NCBI GenBank assembly: GCA_951406725.2
Contig: OX597837.1
Location: 8,618,001 to 8,682,000 of the forward strand
DNA: 64,000 bases
Direction of reading: 5' to 3'
Origin: Octopus vulgaris
Lineage: Eukaryota
Positions within the stretch are counted from its first letter, which is position 1. The number at the start of each line of letters is the position of its first letter. The notes under the pieces are model-generated. The model did no database searches. It saw only the letters and a list, made by a program, of their open reading frames with translations, and was not told where the DNA came from. The translations under genes and the position numbers were made by a program. Positions 39,464-53,149 of the stretch are shown here, piece after piece.

Positions 39464-40023
39464 CAATTAATCAATATAGGGTAGTAAAAAATTCAATAGA
39501 AATTTATCGCCACCAGCGGTCTAGTGAGAAAAAGAAAATAGTCAAAGACTATATATATAAATTCAACAACAATTGAGGAATGGCCTTAATAGGCCATTCG
39601 ACCCACTAGAAAGAGCAGCCAGGACTCAAACCGTCAAGTAGTAGTAATTCAGAAATTAGAGAAAATTTAAAAACATTTACCCTAAATCATCTTTAGACAA
39701 TGCATCGTTTCGGTGTTTTTAATGGCAAACCAGCTTAATTAAATTAAATCAAGTCAATCCACCAAAGGCTACACCTCGTCGGTAAAGAGGCCAGGAGAGA
39801 CGGATATACACGAGGCATCTGTATCTATGCCCTAGGAATATCTGCCCTAAAATTTTCAAAACCATCGTACTCGCGCCAACTTATCAACAGTAAATATAAA
39901 CTGCTGATTCAATTTCAGAATTAGTCAGAAAAACATCAATTAATCAATATAGGGTAGCAAAGAATTCAATAGAAATTTATCGCCACCAGCGGTCTAGTGA
40001 GAAAGAAAAAATAGTCAAAGACT
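39462..40023 (-). mobile_element. 473-bp unit plus 89-bp terminal direct repeat, in (TA)n, containing a hammerhead (Penelope pseudo-LTR / retrozyme-like)
   Basis: ATCAATTAATCAATATAGGGTAG...GTCAAAGACT at 39462-39550 and 39935-40023; no ORF called. Confidence 0.8.
39690..39788 (-). ncRNA. Type-I hammerhead ribozyme fold, U4C core variant
   Basis: Minus strand TCTTTA-CCGACGA-GGTGT...ACACC-GAAA-CGATGCATTG-TC-TAAAGA: 6-bp stem I, 5-bp stem II base, near-palindromic stem III, GTC triplet. Confidence 0.8.
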
Positions 40024-40104
40024 ATATATATATACATACATAATAGTATGTATGTATATATGGATGTATAATTATATATATGAATAATTATAGATACATA
40101 ATTG

Positions 40105-40135
<31 letters not shown>

Positions 40136-40934
40136 ATAATCAGGCAAACTATAAGGTATCCTGTGTAGCTCTGCGTCGGCAAGACTCGGAAAATATAGAA
40201 AAATATAGGAGTACAGTGAACTTGCTGCAAAGAGTGGAATATCCAATGTTTCTGTTGTAATTGGCTGTCAGCGGGTAGAGTAAACGAGAAGTTGAAGTAA
40301 GATAGCGTTTACATCCTCTCGGTTTGAAAAATTGGCTGTCAGTTTTTCAAGATGACTGGTTGCAGATTTCTCTTTTTCTCTACCCTCTGACGAAAGATTA
40401 CATCCAAAACATTGGAAACCTTTCTCTCGAAGGCCAGTTTGTTATACCCCTTTCACTTTTAAATATATATGAATATACATCTAATATATGGGTAACATTT
40501 TCGAAAAATAATTTTATCAGTAGCCAGCATATTAAAATATATATCAAGGTGAAAATATAAACAATTATAAATAAGGGCAAAAGAAGTAAATTTCTATGCC
40601 AATATGCTGAAAAATAGACCTTAGATCATTTAACCACATACAATATTTATCACTATAAATACACAGCCTGGTGAAACAATGAAACGAGCTGTACACTTAA
40701 TCTCCTTTAATTTTAATCCTCCTCTGCTCATTTCGTTTTACCTGATGTGATTAAATTTATATTTCTCTAAATGATTTGGCCTGCTGTATCATTGCCAAAC
40801 GCCAATGTCCCGGTAGGTTTTTGTTTTCTTTCTATTAAAAGCCGAAGTTCAAACGCTTTTAGCTCAAATATCAGTATACAGACATATGTATATATACATG
40901 TACGTATACATAAATATATGTGTATATATATATT

Positions 40935-41297
40935 GGCGCAAGAGTAAGTAGCTTGCTTACGAACCACATGGTTCTGGGTTCATTCCCACTGCGTGGCACC
41001 TTGGGCAAGTGTCTTCTACAATAGCCTCGGACCGACCAAAGCATTGTGAATGGATTTGTTAGACGGAAACTGAAAGAAGCCCGTCGTATATATGTATAGA
41101 TATACATGTATGTGTGTCTGTGTTTGTCCCCTCTACATTGCTTGACAACCGGTGGTGGCGTGTTTACGTCCACGTAACTTAGCGGGTCGGCAAAAGAGAC
41201 CAATAGAAAAAAATACTAGGCTTCAAAAGAATAAGTTCTGGGGTGCTCCAGCATGGCCACAGTCAAATGACTGAAACAAGTAAAAGAAGAAAGAGTA
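40935..41297 (+). mobile_element. Family-B SINE (small deletions)
   Basis: Head, CORE-like segment and tail all match. Confidence 0.88.
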
Positions 41298-41685
41298 TAC
41301 CTTTGCATAGAAGTAGACGTGCATGTTGCACGTACACAGAGAGAGAGAGAGAGAGAAAGAGAAAGATATGGAGAGATAGAGAGAGAGAGAGGGGGAGTGA
41401 GAGAAAAAGTGAGAGAGGCATAATACACAAATATACACCATAAAAATATATGGACATGTGCCTGTGTACATATGTATGTATGTATGTATATATATGTGTG
41501 TATATGTATGTCTGTGTGTATGTATTGTGTGCATGTATGTGTATCTCTACATATGCATGTGTGCGTATGTATGTAAATATGTATGCATGTATGAATATGA
41601 ATGTATGTCGTTATGTCTATACACACGGTAACTGAAAATATACCAACTATACACACGTTCAATCGCAGATACACACAAATAAAAT

Positions 41686-41725
<40 letters not shown>

Positions 41726-41728
<3 letters not shown>

Positions 41729-41873
41729 CCTTGCGGTTCGGCAAAAGAGACCGATAGAATAAGTACTGGGCTTACAAAAAGAATAAGTCCCGGGGTAGAG
41801 TTGCTCGATTAAAAGGCGGTGCTCCAGCATGGCCGCAGTCAAATGACTGAAACGAGTAAAATAGTAAAAGAGT
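41726..41873 (+). mobile_element. 5'-truncated family-B SINE
   Basis: GCGGTTCGGCAAAAGAGACC...GACTGAAAC inside (TA)n. Confidence 0.88.
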
Positions 41874-42515
41874 ATATATATATGTGTGTGTGTGTGTATG
41901 TGTGTGTGCGCGTGTGTGTGTGTGTGTGTATGAATAAATGTGTGTTTATATTCTAAGATTTGACAAATGTGTTCACGATTATATACAATATACATACATA
42001 CATCTTATACACTCACAAACACACTCACACACACCTCTAAAACACACGCACACTCACACACACAAACACACACACACACATACATACTTAAGTATGCAGA
42101 CTCATTACTTTACACTTTATGCTCTGAACGAATATAGTAATATAGCGTAAAAAATGAATCACAATTCGACTGAAGAATCACCTCATTGGTCGCTCTTATT
42201 CTAGAGCTTACACACTCCAAATCAGATTCCTTATCGCTATGCTATACCACAACCTTACTACAACGAAGAAGCATCGGCTGGCGCCTTGCTCATTATATCC
42301 GGCACATTGAGAGCGACTAGAAGCGTTGCAATATATCCGTTTAGTACGAATGCACTGGCATCCAATACGGAAATTTAAAGATTTAGGTTGTTTTTTTTTG
42401 CATGCATGGGTACATACACATTATTAATCGTATTCAAGTTATATGTTAGCTATGGTAAGCTTCACCATAGAGAGAAAACAAGCACTCTACTTCTACGTCT
42501 GAACCTATTTAAATG

Positions 42516-42568
<53 letters not shown>

Positions 42569-42650
42569 TACATACATGCATACATACATACATACATACA
42601 TATATATTTACATCCATACATACTTGCGTACATATATATATATGCATATA

Positions 42651-42699
<49 letters not shown>

Positions 42700-42866
42700 G
42701 CATGTATATATATATATGTATATATATGTATATATATAAATATATGTATATATTTATGTATATGTATATATATATATATATATACATGTATGTATATATA
42801 AACATTTATATACTTATGTATATATATATACACATTTATATATATATCTGTCTGTATATATATATG

Positions 42867-42960
<94 letters not shown>

Positions 42961-43079
42961 TATGAAATTTTATTGCTGTATCATCAAAAAATTCGACAAA
43001 AAATTACTCACACACAAACACACATATACGCAAACACACGCACGCACATACATATATTCCCACGCTCGCATACATTTAT

Positions 43080-43620
43080 ATGCGCAAATGTAATAGTGTG
43101 GTAAGAAAATTGCTTCAAAAACAAATGTTTCCGGGTTCAGTCCGACTGCATGCACCTTTAGCAAGTGTCTTCTGCTATAGCCCTGGGAAGGCCAAAAACC
43201 TTGTCTGAGGATTGTCTACAGGTAAACTGAAAGAAGCCCGTAACGTAAACTAGCGCACTCATGTCGTCGAATGGCAGTGGCGGACAAACAGAATTGTTAT
43301 GTGTGTGTATGAGTGTGTTGTTGTGTGTGAGCATGTGTGCGTGTGTGTGTGTGTGTGTTTATGTGTGTGTTTATGTGTGTGTTTGTGTGTGTGTGTGTGT
43401 GTATCTTAGTATTTGTATTTGTCTCCTACTACCGCTCGACAACCGGAGTTGGTTAGATTACGTCACCGTAACCTAACCGTTCGGCAAATACAAACGATGG
43501 AATATATACCAGGCGTAAACACTAAGGACATCGGTCGATTCATTCAAATAGAACCCTTAAGGGCTGTGCCCCAGCATGGCCGCAGTCCAAACACTGAAAC
43601 CAGTAAAATAATAGGAGAAT
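43080..43620 (+). mobile_element. Old family-B SINE with expanded internal (TG)n
   Basis: GTGTGGTAAG head, AACTGAAAGAAGCCCG, tail GTGCCCCAGCATGGCCGCAGT. Confidence 0.75.
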
Positions 43621-43676
43621 AGAACCATATAAATACATAATGAGAGAGAGACAGCGAGAAAGAAAGGGAATGAGAC

Positions 43677-43707
<31 letters not shown>

Positions 43708-44217
43708 GAGAAGGAAAGAGAATGAGACAGAAAGAGAGAGAGAGAAAGAAAGAGAATGATACATAGATTAAGTGAGATAGAGAGACAGAGAGAAGGAAAA
43801 AGAATGAGACAGAAAGAGAGAGATAAAGAGAGAAAGAAAGAGAATAAGACAGAGATAAAGAGAGAGAGACAGAGAGAATAAAAAAAGAAAGAGACAGAGA
43901 GAAGGAAAGAGAAAGGGGGGAGATATTTAAACATTTTAAAGCAATGAATCTTAGTTAAAAGCTGATTGGTCATAACCGATTGTTTTAGAGTTGCACTGAA
44001 TTGCGGTGTATATAATTATATATAATTTGCATTTTATTTGTAATAATATATGTTTGATTTCACTTGAAAGTACGATATTACAGTTTCTGAAGACTTTTCT
44101 CTTTTCCATTCTTTCAGTTTCGGATCATTAAAGATGGAAATTTTACTTAATTGATCAATGAATGTGTTTTCCGTGTTTATTTGCAAATAAAAATTACGTT
44201 TACACTTCAAATACCGG

Positions 44218-44258
<41 letters not shown>

Positions 44259-44345
44259 TATACCAATATATATATATTGGTATAATTATATTCGCATGTA
44301 TATATGTAAATGTACACCTCCCTTACCTTCTCTCTGTCTGTATAT

Positions 44346-44409
<64 letters not shown>

Positions 44410-44410
<1 letters not shown>

Positions 44411-44659
44411 TTTATTTATTTATTTATTTATTTATTTATCTAGTTTCAGCTCACAAGCTGTGGCCATGCTGGGGCACCGCCATTTGGTGTTGCTACATGA
44501 TTTTACTTCACGAATGCTTTTTAGCAATTGCCATTTGGTGCATGAGAGATTTCGATACAGCTGCCCTCATCTGCACCTCTTACCGTGAAGTTAGTTCATC
44601 TGGGACACCTGACAAGAAGAGATCCAGTTTCATTTTAATGACATCTGCATCCACCCCAT
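44410..44659 (-). mobile_element. 3' end of a CR1/L2-group LINE with (TAAA)n tail
   Basis: Minus strand reads [25 protein letters not shown]; 3'UTR ends GGCGGTGCCCCAGCATGGCCACAGCTTGTGAGCTGAAACTAG; homologous to 52365-52680. Confidence 0.8.
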
Positions 44660-44977
44660 TATATATATATAATTAATAATACTATACATTTATATATATT
44701 GATATAAAGGGACCAAAGGTGAAAATGACTTATATCCAACATACTTGAAGGTAACGGCACTTGGACCATGCTGGAGTTGTATAGTTTTCGCCCCAGCTCT
44801 CTTTATATAATTATATACATATGTATATTATTATTAATGTAATGAAATAATTGCCTATAAACTGTTATAGCATGCTAAATACTTGATAAAAAACCATCGT
44901 CTCTTTTCATTCCTCCACTTCACTCTCTATTTCATATCTTCTATGAAATAACTATTGTTTAATCATTTTCTCACACC

Positions 44978-45025
44978 GTCTCCGATGAAGGGATGTATAA
45001 AATATCCCGGAAACAGCTGTAAGAC
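44978..45025 (+). ncRNA. Minimal type-I hammerhead fold, U4C core variant (within ~44670-45090 insert)
   Basis: GTCT-CCGATGA-A-GGGAT...ATCCC-G-GAAA-CAGCTG-TA-AGAC. Confidence 0.72.
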
Positions 45026-45113
45026 CTTTTTAAAAATGTTCTGAAATCTTTCACAGTCCGGGATTTTTGTCTCATCCTGTTAATTTTATGTGTATACACA
45101 CACACACACACAC

Positions 45114-45177
<64 letters not shown>

Positions 45178-45188
45178 GTATATGTATA

Positions 45189-45227
<39 letters not shown>

Positions 45228-45289
45228 TATATATGTATATGTATTTGTATACATATACATATGTATGTATTTATGTATGAATGTATCTT

Positions 45290-45516
45290 TTTCTTTATTT
45301 TTACTTGTTTTACTAATTAAACACCGTCCATGCTGGGGCACCGCCTTGAAAAATGTTTTAGTCCAATGTATCAGCCCCAGTATCTATCTTTCTTTTCAAC
45401 CAGATACTTATTATATCGATATGTGTCTGCCAAACCGCTACGTTATGGTAACGTAAAGACGCACACACCACTTGTTTAGCAGTACTGGAAGACAATCACA
45501 GGTGTGCACACACACG

Positions 45517-45581
<65 letters not shown>

Positions 45582-45625
45582 CTTTAATATAAGCATCTTT
45601 CAGTTTCCGTCTATGAAATCCGCTT
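45290..45625 (-). mobile_element. Diverged family-B SINE
   Basis: CATGCTGGGGCACCGCC tail; CTTTCAGTTTCCGTCTA after a (CA)n tract. Confidence 0.7.
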
Positions 45626-46449
45626 AAATATAGCTCTAAACCTGGTCCCTGACTTAAATGTTGCCCACAACACCAACGAAAGCCAAAAGAGCATCTATGC
45701 AATATTCAGTGTCATCTTCAAGTAAAACGACAAATATCAGATATTGAACTGCAAAGTTCCAATCAGCCAAGTGAATAATGTAAAGTCTGCTGGACTGTAT
45801 ATAATGACATGCGCCTGTCCCTCAAATCGTTCTCTGGTGTTTAATAAAATAATATACTGGATAAAGTGATATTGTGGTCAATGACCTCCCTCCACATGGG
45901 AAAGGGATTGCATGGGTGCTACTGTTGGAATACCGAGTCACGTGTGATAGATCACGCGTTAATCTGCAAAGCAATACCAACATCTAGAACGGTTACGCTT
46001 GCATTATCATCAAACATAGCGAGAAATGCAACAATGGCAACGATGATATAACTCAGTGGAAAACAATTAGTTTGTTATGAAGAAACCATTGCGACAAATA
46101 TTTCTGAATGTTTTTTGAATATTTATTCGCTTTTTTATTATGGAGGTTGCGGAGTGAGGAAGGTTGTACTTCTTTACGAGAAGAAGAAGAAGATGTCTTC
46201 CTGTTTCACTTTTAAGGACCCAGGCAGAAAAATATGAAGAAACGTCACTAAATAAATTATCAATGCGTTTCAATATTTGGTTATAAAATTGCGAAAACAA
46301 GAAAAAAAACCACAGAAAGTCAGATTTGAAACGAAAAAGATGACAAAAAGAAAATTGCCGCAAATAATACAAAAATAAATCAAACAAAAATCAATAAAAA
46401 ATCCAAACATTAATAGCAAACATTTAACCTTGTATTATCATTGTGGTTG

Positions 46450-47074
46450 CTTCTTCTTCTTCTTCTTCTTCTTCTCTTCTTCTTCTTCTTCTTCTTCTTC
46501 TTCTTCTTCTTCTTCTTCTTCTTCTTCTTCTTCTTTCTTCTTCTTCTTCTTCTCTTCTTCTTCTTCTTCTTCTTCTTCTTCTTCTTCTTCTTCTTCTTCT
46601 CTCTCTTCTTCTTCTTCTTCTCTTCTTCTTCTTCTTCTTCTTCTTCTTCTTCTTCTTCTTCTTCTTCTCTCTTCTTCTTCTTCTTCTTCTTCTTCTTCTT
46701 CTTCTTCTTCTTCTTCTTCTTCTTCTTCTTCTTCTCCTCTTCTTCTTCTTCTTCTTCTTCTTCTTCTTCTTCTTCTTCTTCTTTCTTCTTCTTCTTCTTC
46801 TTCTTCTTCTTCTTCTTCTCTTCTCTCTTCTCTTCTTCTTCTTTCTTCTTCTTCTTCTTCTTCTTCTTCTTCTTCTTCTTCTTCTCCTTCTCTTCTTCTT
46901 CTCTTCTTCTTCTTCTTCTTCTTCTTCTTCTTCTCTCTTCCTTCTTCTTCCTTCTTCTTCTTCTTCTTCTTCTTCCTTCTTCTTCTTCTTCTTCTTCTCT
47001 TCTTCTTCTTCTTCTTCTTCTTTCTTCTTCTTCTTCTTCTTCTTCTTCTTCTTCTTCTTCTTCTTCTTCTTCTT
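46450..47074. repeat. ~625-bp pure polypyrimidine (CTT)n compound tract
   Basis: Direct reading; only phase slips seen, no purines. Confidence 0.95.
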
Positions 47075-47527
47075 CGCTGGCTTGTTTGTAAATTCGTTTT
47101 GCATAAACATTGCATTAGATACAAACAGCTACAACTGCTGATGCAAAAAGGAGGCAAAAACAAAACGAAACGAAACAAAACCAAAAACAGAAAAGAAAAA
47201 AAACCGCTAATAAATCGAAAATTCATAAAAAAGAGTCAACTAAATATATTAAAAGAGAACCGTATGAATATAAGAGAATTTGTAGAGAAATCAAATTGAA
47301 GAATGTTCAATTAAATCAAGAGTAAATTTAAAATAAATAAAATACTCTTTCTTTATATATTTATTTACCAATTTAATATAATTATTTACTTGTTTTGTAT
47401 AGTGTTAGCCGGAGGTTTACTGTTCAGAATGCTAAAAAATCATGTAAAATAAAAAAAAATCATTTTATATATCTATACATCTATATGTATGCTTCCAAAC
47501 ATAAATAAATGTGTGTGTGTGCGCGTG

Positions 47528-47579
<52 letters not shown>

Positions 47580-47598
47580 TATATGTATGTATATATAA

Positions 47599-47646
<48 letters not shown>

Positions 47647-47745
47647 ATATATATATATGTGGGTGTGTGTGTATATATATACATATATAAATATATATGT
47701 ATATGTATGTATATATATATATCTATATATAATATATATATATAC

Positions 47746-47787
<42 letters not shown>

Positions 47788-47847
47788 GTATATATATATA
47801 TATTATATATAGATATATATATATATACATACATATACATATAAATA

Positions 47848-47882
<35 letters not shown>

Positions 47883-48252
47883 GATATATATATATATATG
47901 TATGTATATTAAATATGTATATATGCACATATGTACGTGAAACTCGAGAATTATTAAATTCTGTTTTTCCTTGAGTAAGCAAGCAAAAAAAAAAAAAACA
48001 ACAAAACAATGTGCGTATGCATACATGTATGTGTATGTAAGTATTATACAAACGCACGCAGGCACACACGCACACACGCACACACACATGTATATATGTA
48101 CACTCGCATATATATGTACATACACAAATATAAATATTATGTCTGATGTAATTTACATATATACAAACATATATGTGCTTTTGTGTGTCTGTGTGTCTGT
48201 ATGTGTGTGTGCTGTGCATGTGTGTGCGAACGTATGTGCTTTCCTGTGTTCT

Positions 48253-48373
48253 TTTTTCTTCTTCTTCTTCTTCTTCTTCTTCTTCTTCTTCTTCTTCTTC
48301 TTCTTCTTCTTGTTCTTCTTCTTCTTCTTATTATTCTTCTTATTATTATTATTAATATTATTATTATTATTAA

Positions 48374-48406
<33 letters not shown>

Positions 48407-48600
48407 GATTATTATTATTATTAATATTATTATTATTATTATTAATATTATTATTATTATTAATATTATTATTATTATTAATATTATTATTATTAATATT
48501 ATTATTATTATTATTATTATTATTATCATTATTCGTATTAATATCATCGTCATCAACATCATCATCGTCGTCATCACCATCATCATCACCATCATCATCC

Positions 48601-48642
<42 letters not shown>

Positions 48643-48690
48643 CTATCATCATCATCATCATCATCATCGTCATCATCATCATCATTCTTA
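48253..48690. repeat. (CTT)n-(TTA)n-(TCA)n compound microsatellite
   Basis: Direct reading. Confidence 0.95.
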
Positions 48691-49091
48691 TTAATTCTTC
48701 AGGCTAGTATGTATTTCCCTTTTAACTATTTTCGAACATAATTTTTGTTGTTAGAAATATTTAATGTTATAATATTTCTTTATTGAAAACAGTTTTGAAA
48801 ATCCCTGCCTACCTCAAAATAGTATTCCAACATCTCTAGAGTTCTGGGGCTATATTTTAAGTGAAATGTTTTCTCATCAAAAATTTGAATTATGATTTGT
48901 TGTGTGCTTTCTTTTTTATATTTTTCGATTTCTCTGTCGCCAAAGCTTTCTCTCGCCCCCTCTTTCCCTCTCTCTCTCCCTCGTTATCTCTCTCTCCCTA
49001 ATACTGTATCTTGTTTTGTCTGTCGACTCTCAATCCCTCTCTTAAATGTGCGCACATTGTCACTGACTGAAACGCGTATACAAAGATTCAC

Positions 49092-49134
<43 letters not shown>

Positions 49135-49812
49135 AAAGCAAAAAGAACGCAACAAGAACGTAACAGGCGACAGCAAAACATCCGGACAGTTGGACGATAC
49201 AAAAGCGGACAGGAAAAACAAGGAGGTGTCATTCGGAGCTTCCTATCATCTGTCGATTTCCAGATCGTCTTTGCAGTTTCGGCCGGTTACGCTCGAGACT
49301 GCTACAATCTGACCGGCAGCAAGAAAATCTAGCCTAAGAGCACTAGACTCCTTGGAAGGAAGCAAGTGAATATATACGGAAACAAGGACGGAAAAATGGA
49401 GAACTGGTACACAATTACAAATACAAACAACAATACATTAACAACAGGTGTCTTTCGACTAAGGACGAATGATATTAAGCTGGCTTGTATGGAGTAAAGA
49501 CTTACGGCTGGAACATGAGTGGGTAACGTCATGGGGAAACTATATAAGAGAAGGTACACGGATGGAAGTCGAACCAAAAAGAAAGGTCAGGCTTGGGGAA
49601 CACCGGTCACATGGAAGGAGAGGAGAGAGATAGAAGGCAGAGGGACTGAAGAATTAGGGAGGGAGAGAAAGTGAGGAAAAGAAAGCAAAGGGACAGAGTG
49701 AGGTAAAAGAGAAGGGAAAGTAATTAGAATGAAGGGATGGCCAAGAAATGTGTGAGAGGGGGAGCGAGGAAAAGTAATGGGGAAAGAACGAAGTCTTCCA
49801 TAAACAACTTTG
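49135..49812. mobile_element. Unclassified ~680-bp insert between (TA)n tracts
   Basis: Sharp boundaries with TA arrays, purine-skewed, higher GC than flanks; no recognisable protein. Confidence 0.45.
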
Positions 49813-49907
49813 TATATATATATGTATATATATGTATATATGTATATATATATGTATATATATATGTATATATATGTATATATATATACATACATATATA
49901 TATATAT

Positions 49908-50003
<96 letters not shown>

Positions 50004-50488
50004 TCCATTTATTTATTCATATATTATTCAAAAAATTCCACGTAAACACTAAGGAGTTTATAAACAAGGAGTTATAACCTCTTCACTCGTGAGATTTTTG
50101 CTACCCTGGTAACTATTTATTATTTTTTTCCGTGTTAATTGTTAACAAGGTAAAAATACACTCATCTATTTATATATATATATATAAATTAGGGCCTTGT
50201 GCTTAAATTGGAAAAAATAGTTCGCTTTGTTTTATGAGTAAATGCCTTAGTGACAATCTTGACGTGCCATAATATTCAGAAAAAATAAATCAACGAAGTA
50301 AATCACACGTTGCAAGTAACCTGCATTACAAATACAATCTGTGCATTCCACGGTAAATGAATCTAAAACTGTTCTCAAGTTTAAAGTGTGATATTGCTGT
50401 TGTTTATTATCATTTGAAGCAGCTCATTCCTCAGAGAAAGATGTGAAATAAGTAAGAGCATAGAACACATACATACATATATGCATGT

Positions 50489-50828
50489 GAAGGCACATAG
50501 CCCAGTAGTTAGAGCGTCGATCTTACGATCGTGAGGTTGTGAGTTGGAATCCCGGACCGGGATGCATGTTGTGTCCTTGAGTGAGACACTCTATTTCATG
50601 TTGCTCCAGTTCAGTCAGCTGCAAAAATGAGTTGCGACGTCATAGGTGCCAAGCTCTATCGGCCCCTTTGCCTTTCCCTTGGATAGCATCAGTGGCGTGG
50701 AGAGGGGAGGACGGTATATATGGGTGAATGCTGGTCTTCCACAACCAGCCTTGCCCGGATCTGTGCCTAGGAGGGTAACTTTCTAAGTGCAATCCCATGG
50801 TCTGTGACGTGACCGGAGGGGGTCTCAG
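50489..50828 (+). mobile_element. Family-C SINE
   Basis: tRNA-like head, TGTGTCCTTGAGTGAGACACT...TTGCTCCAG, body shared with the 34680 copy. Confidence 0.82.
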
Positions 50829-50838
50829 ATATATATAT

Positions 50839-50891
<53 letters not shown>

Positions 50892-51102
50892 AGAGGAAAA
50901 AATATAAGAAGGCAGAACGCTAAATTGAAAGTGAATTTTAATAGAAATGGGTGTATGGAAAATTAAAAAAAAAAGAAAAAAATAATATATCAAATCGGTT
51001 TTCAATACAAGATAAATTTTCAAGATTTGGAAGGGGAAATTCCTCTCCTATCATTTCTCCACGTGCAGTTAACACAACTCCACCATTCACTGACATATAT
51101 AT

Positions 51103-51595
<493 letters not shown>

Positions 51596-51617
51596 TATAT
51601 ATATATATATATATACT

Positions 51618-51935
51618 CCTCTGGTTTCAGCCGCATGGCGCTGCACCCCATTATGCATTACGTGTTCGTGAGTTTCCGAGTAATCATTTTTCTAGGGAAA
51701 TGGCTTCAGCGTTTTGGGTCACGGTCACCAGATTTAACGCCCAGGACTTTTACTTATGTGACTACATTAAATCCCTTGTGCATTCTGAAAAGATTTGTGA
51801 CCAAGGACGTCTTCTTCAAAGAATTGCTGAAGCGTGAGAACAAGTCAACTGCAATGAAGAGCAATTTGAAGGGGTTCAAGGCAAAGCTTAAACTCCATAT
51901 GAACACTTATTTCGAGCATGTTTAGAGCATTTGTA
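51618..51935 (+). pseudogene. Tc1/mariner transposase catalytic C-terminal fragment
   Basis: WFQPHGAAPHYALRVREF and, after frameshifts, SRSPDLTP..DFYLCDYIKSLV (cf. WFQQDGAPxH...SPDLTPxDFxLWGYxK). Confidence 0.8.
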
Positions 51936-52051
51936 ATGGATTAACTACTTCATTGATTATCTAGTTTATTGGATTATCTACTTCAATAAATTGTATTCTT
52001 CATTGATAATAAGGCATACTTGATATCTCCCATGGTGCCTGACTTTGTAGC

Positions 52052-52099
<48 letters not shown>

Positions 52100-52245
52100 G
52101 TATGTCTTTATTTATGTATGTATATGTATGCAGCTGGATGGGGGTTATGTGCCTGTATAAATGTATGTAAATACACACACAAACACGTGTAGCGCGCAAA
52201 CATGCACAGATGCAATACATACATGTATACCAGTGTGAGTGTATT

Positions 52246-52278
<33 letters not shown>

Positions 52279-52364
52279 GTCCATATTTTTGTTTCATGGT
52301 GACTTTATGACGAATTAGTCATTATTGTGAGGCGTAACATTTATAAAAAATTTTTTAAAGTTTT

Positions 52365-52680
52365 TTTTAGTTCACAACTCACAAGCTGTAGCCATGCTGG
52401 GGCACGGCCATTTGGTGTTCCTACATAATTTTACTTTGGTGCATGAGAGAGTTTGCATGAGATGAGATGAGCTGCCCTCATATGCATCTCCTGCCACGAA
52501 GTTGGCTCATCTTGGATATCTGACAGAAAGAGGTCCAGCTTTATTTTGAAGACACCTACATCCACCATATGCAGGTCTCTCAGGTCCTTCGGGAGGATAT
52601 TGGAGAGCTGAGAACCTCTGAAGCCCAGGCTTGTCCTACATCTTGATGGCAAATTAGGAGTCCTTGGCACTATGCAGTGA
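52365..52680 (-). mobile_element. Second CR1/L2-group LINE 3' end
   Basis: SLGFRGSQLSNILPKDLRDLHMVDVGVFKIKLDLFLSDIQDEPTS; tail GTGCCCCAGCATGGCTACAGCTTGTGAG. Confidence 0.8.
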
Positions 52681-53149
52681 CACGCAGCTGAGAAGGTTTT
52701 TTTTTAGTGTTCTTCAAATATACTATTGTTTATGCTTTCATATACATTTTCATATATGTCTCTCATGGTTTATATGCATGTTTGCATATTTAAAGGAAAT
52801 ATTCACGTAGAATGTAATTAGGACAAAAAGAACAGGTCTGATTCCACATGAGCGTATTAAAAAGGTAAGGACTGTTCATAAAACAACACAAAAATAGCGA
52901 ATGTATTAGTTTCACAACGAAAAGGAAAAAATATAAATTTAGGCATGTGTAATGCTTCGGAGTTAAGTCTTTTCCCCCAGAGAAGAAATAAAAACTCTTG
53001 AAGAGTTTGAGGAAATATGGGCAATAGCATGTTGATTGATCGACATATAGAAAATAAATTGAATGTGAAAAATAGATGAATGTGTGTCTGAGAGAGAACG
53101 TCGTCAATAAATGCAAAATGAATATATATAGCCATATATATATATATAT

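Noticed and set aside
49225-49290. Minus-strand GAAAC...CAGATGA possible hammerhead
   Set aside because: Core mismatched and stems inconsistent.
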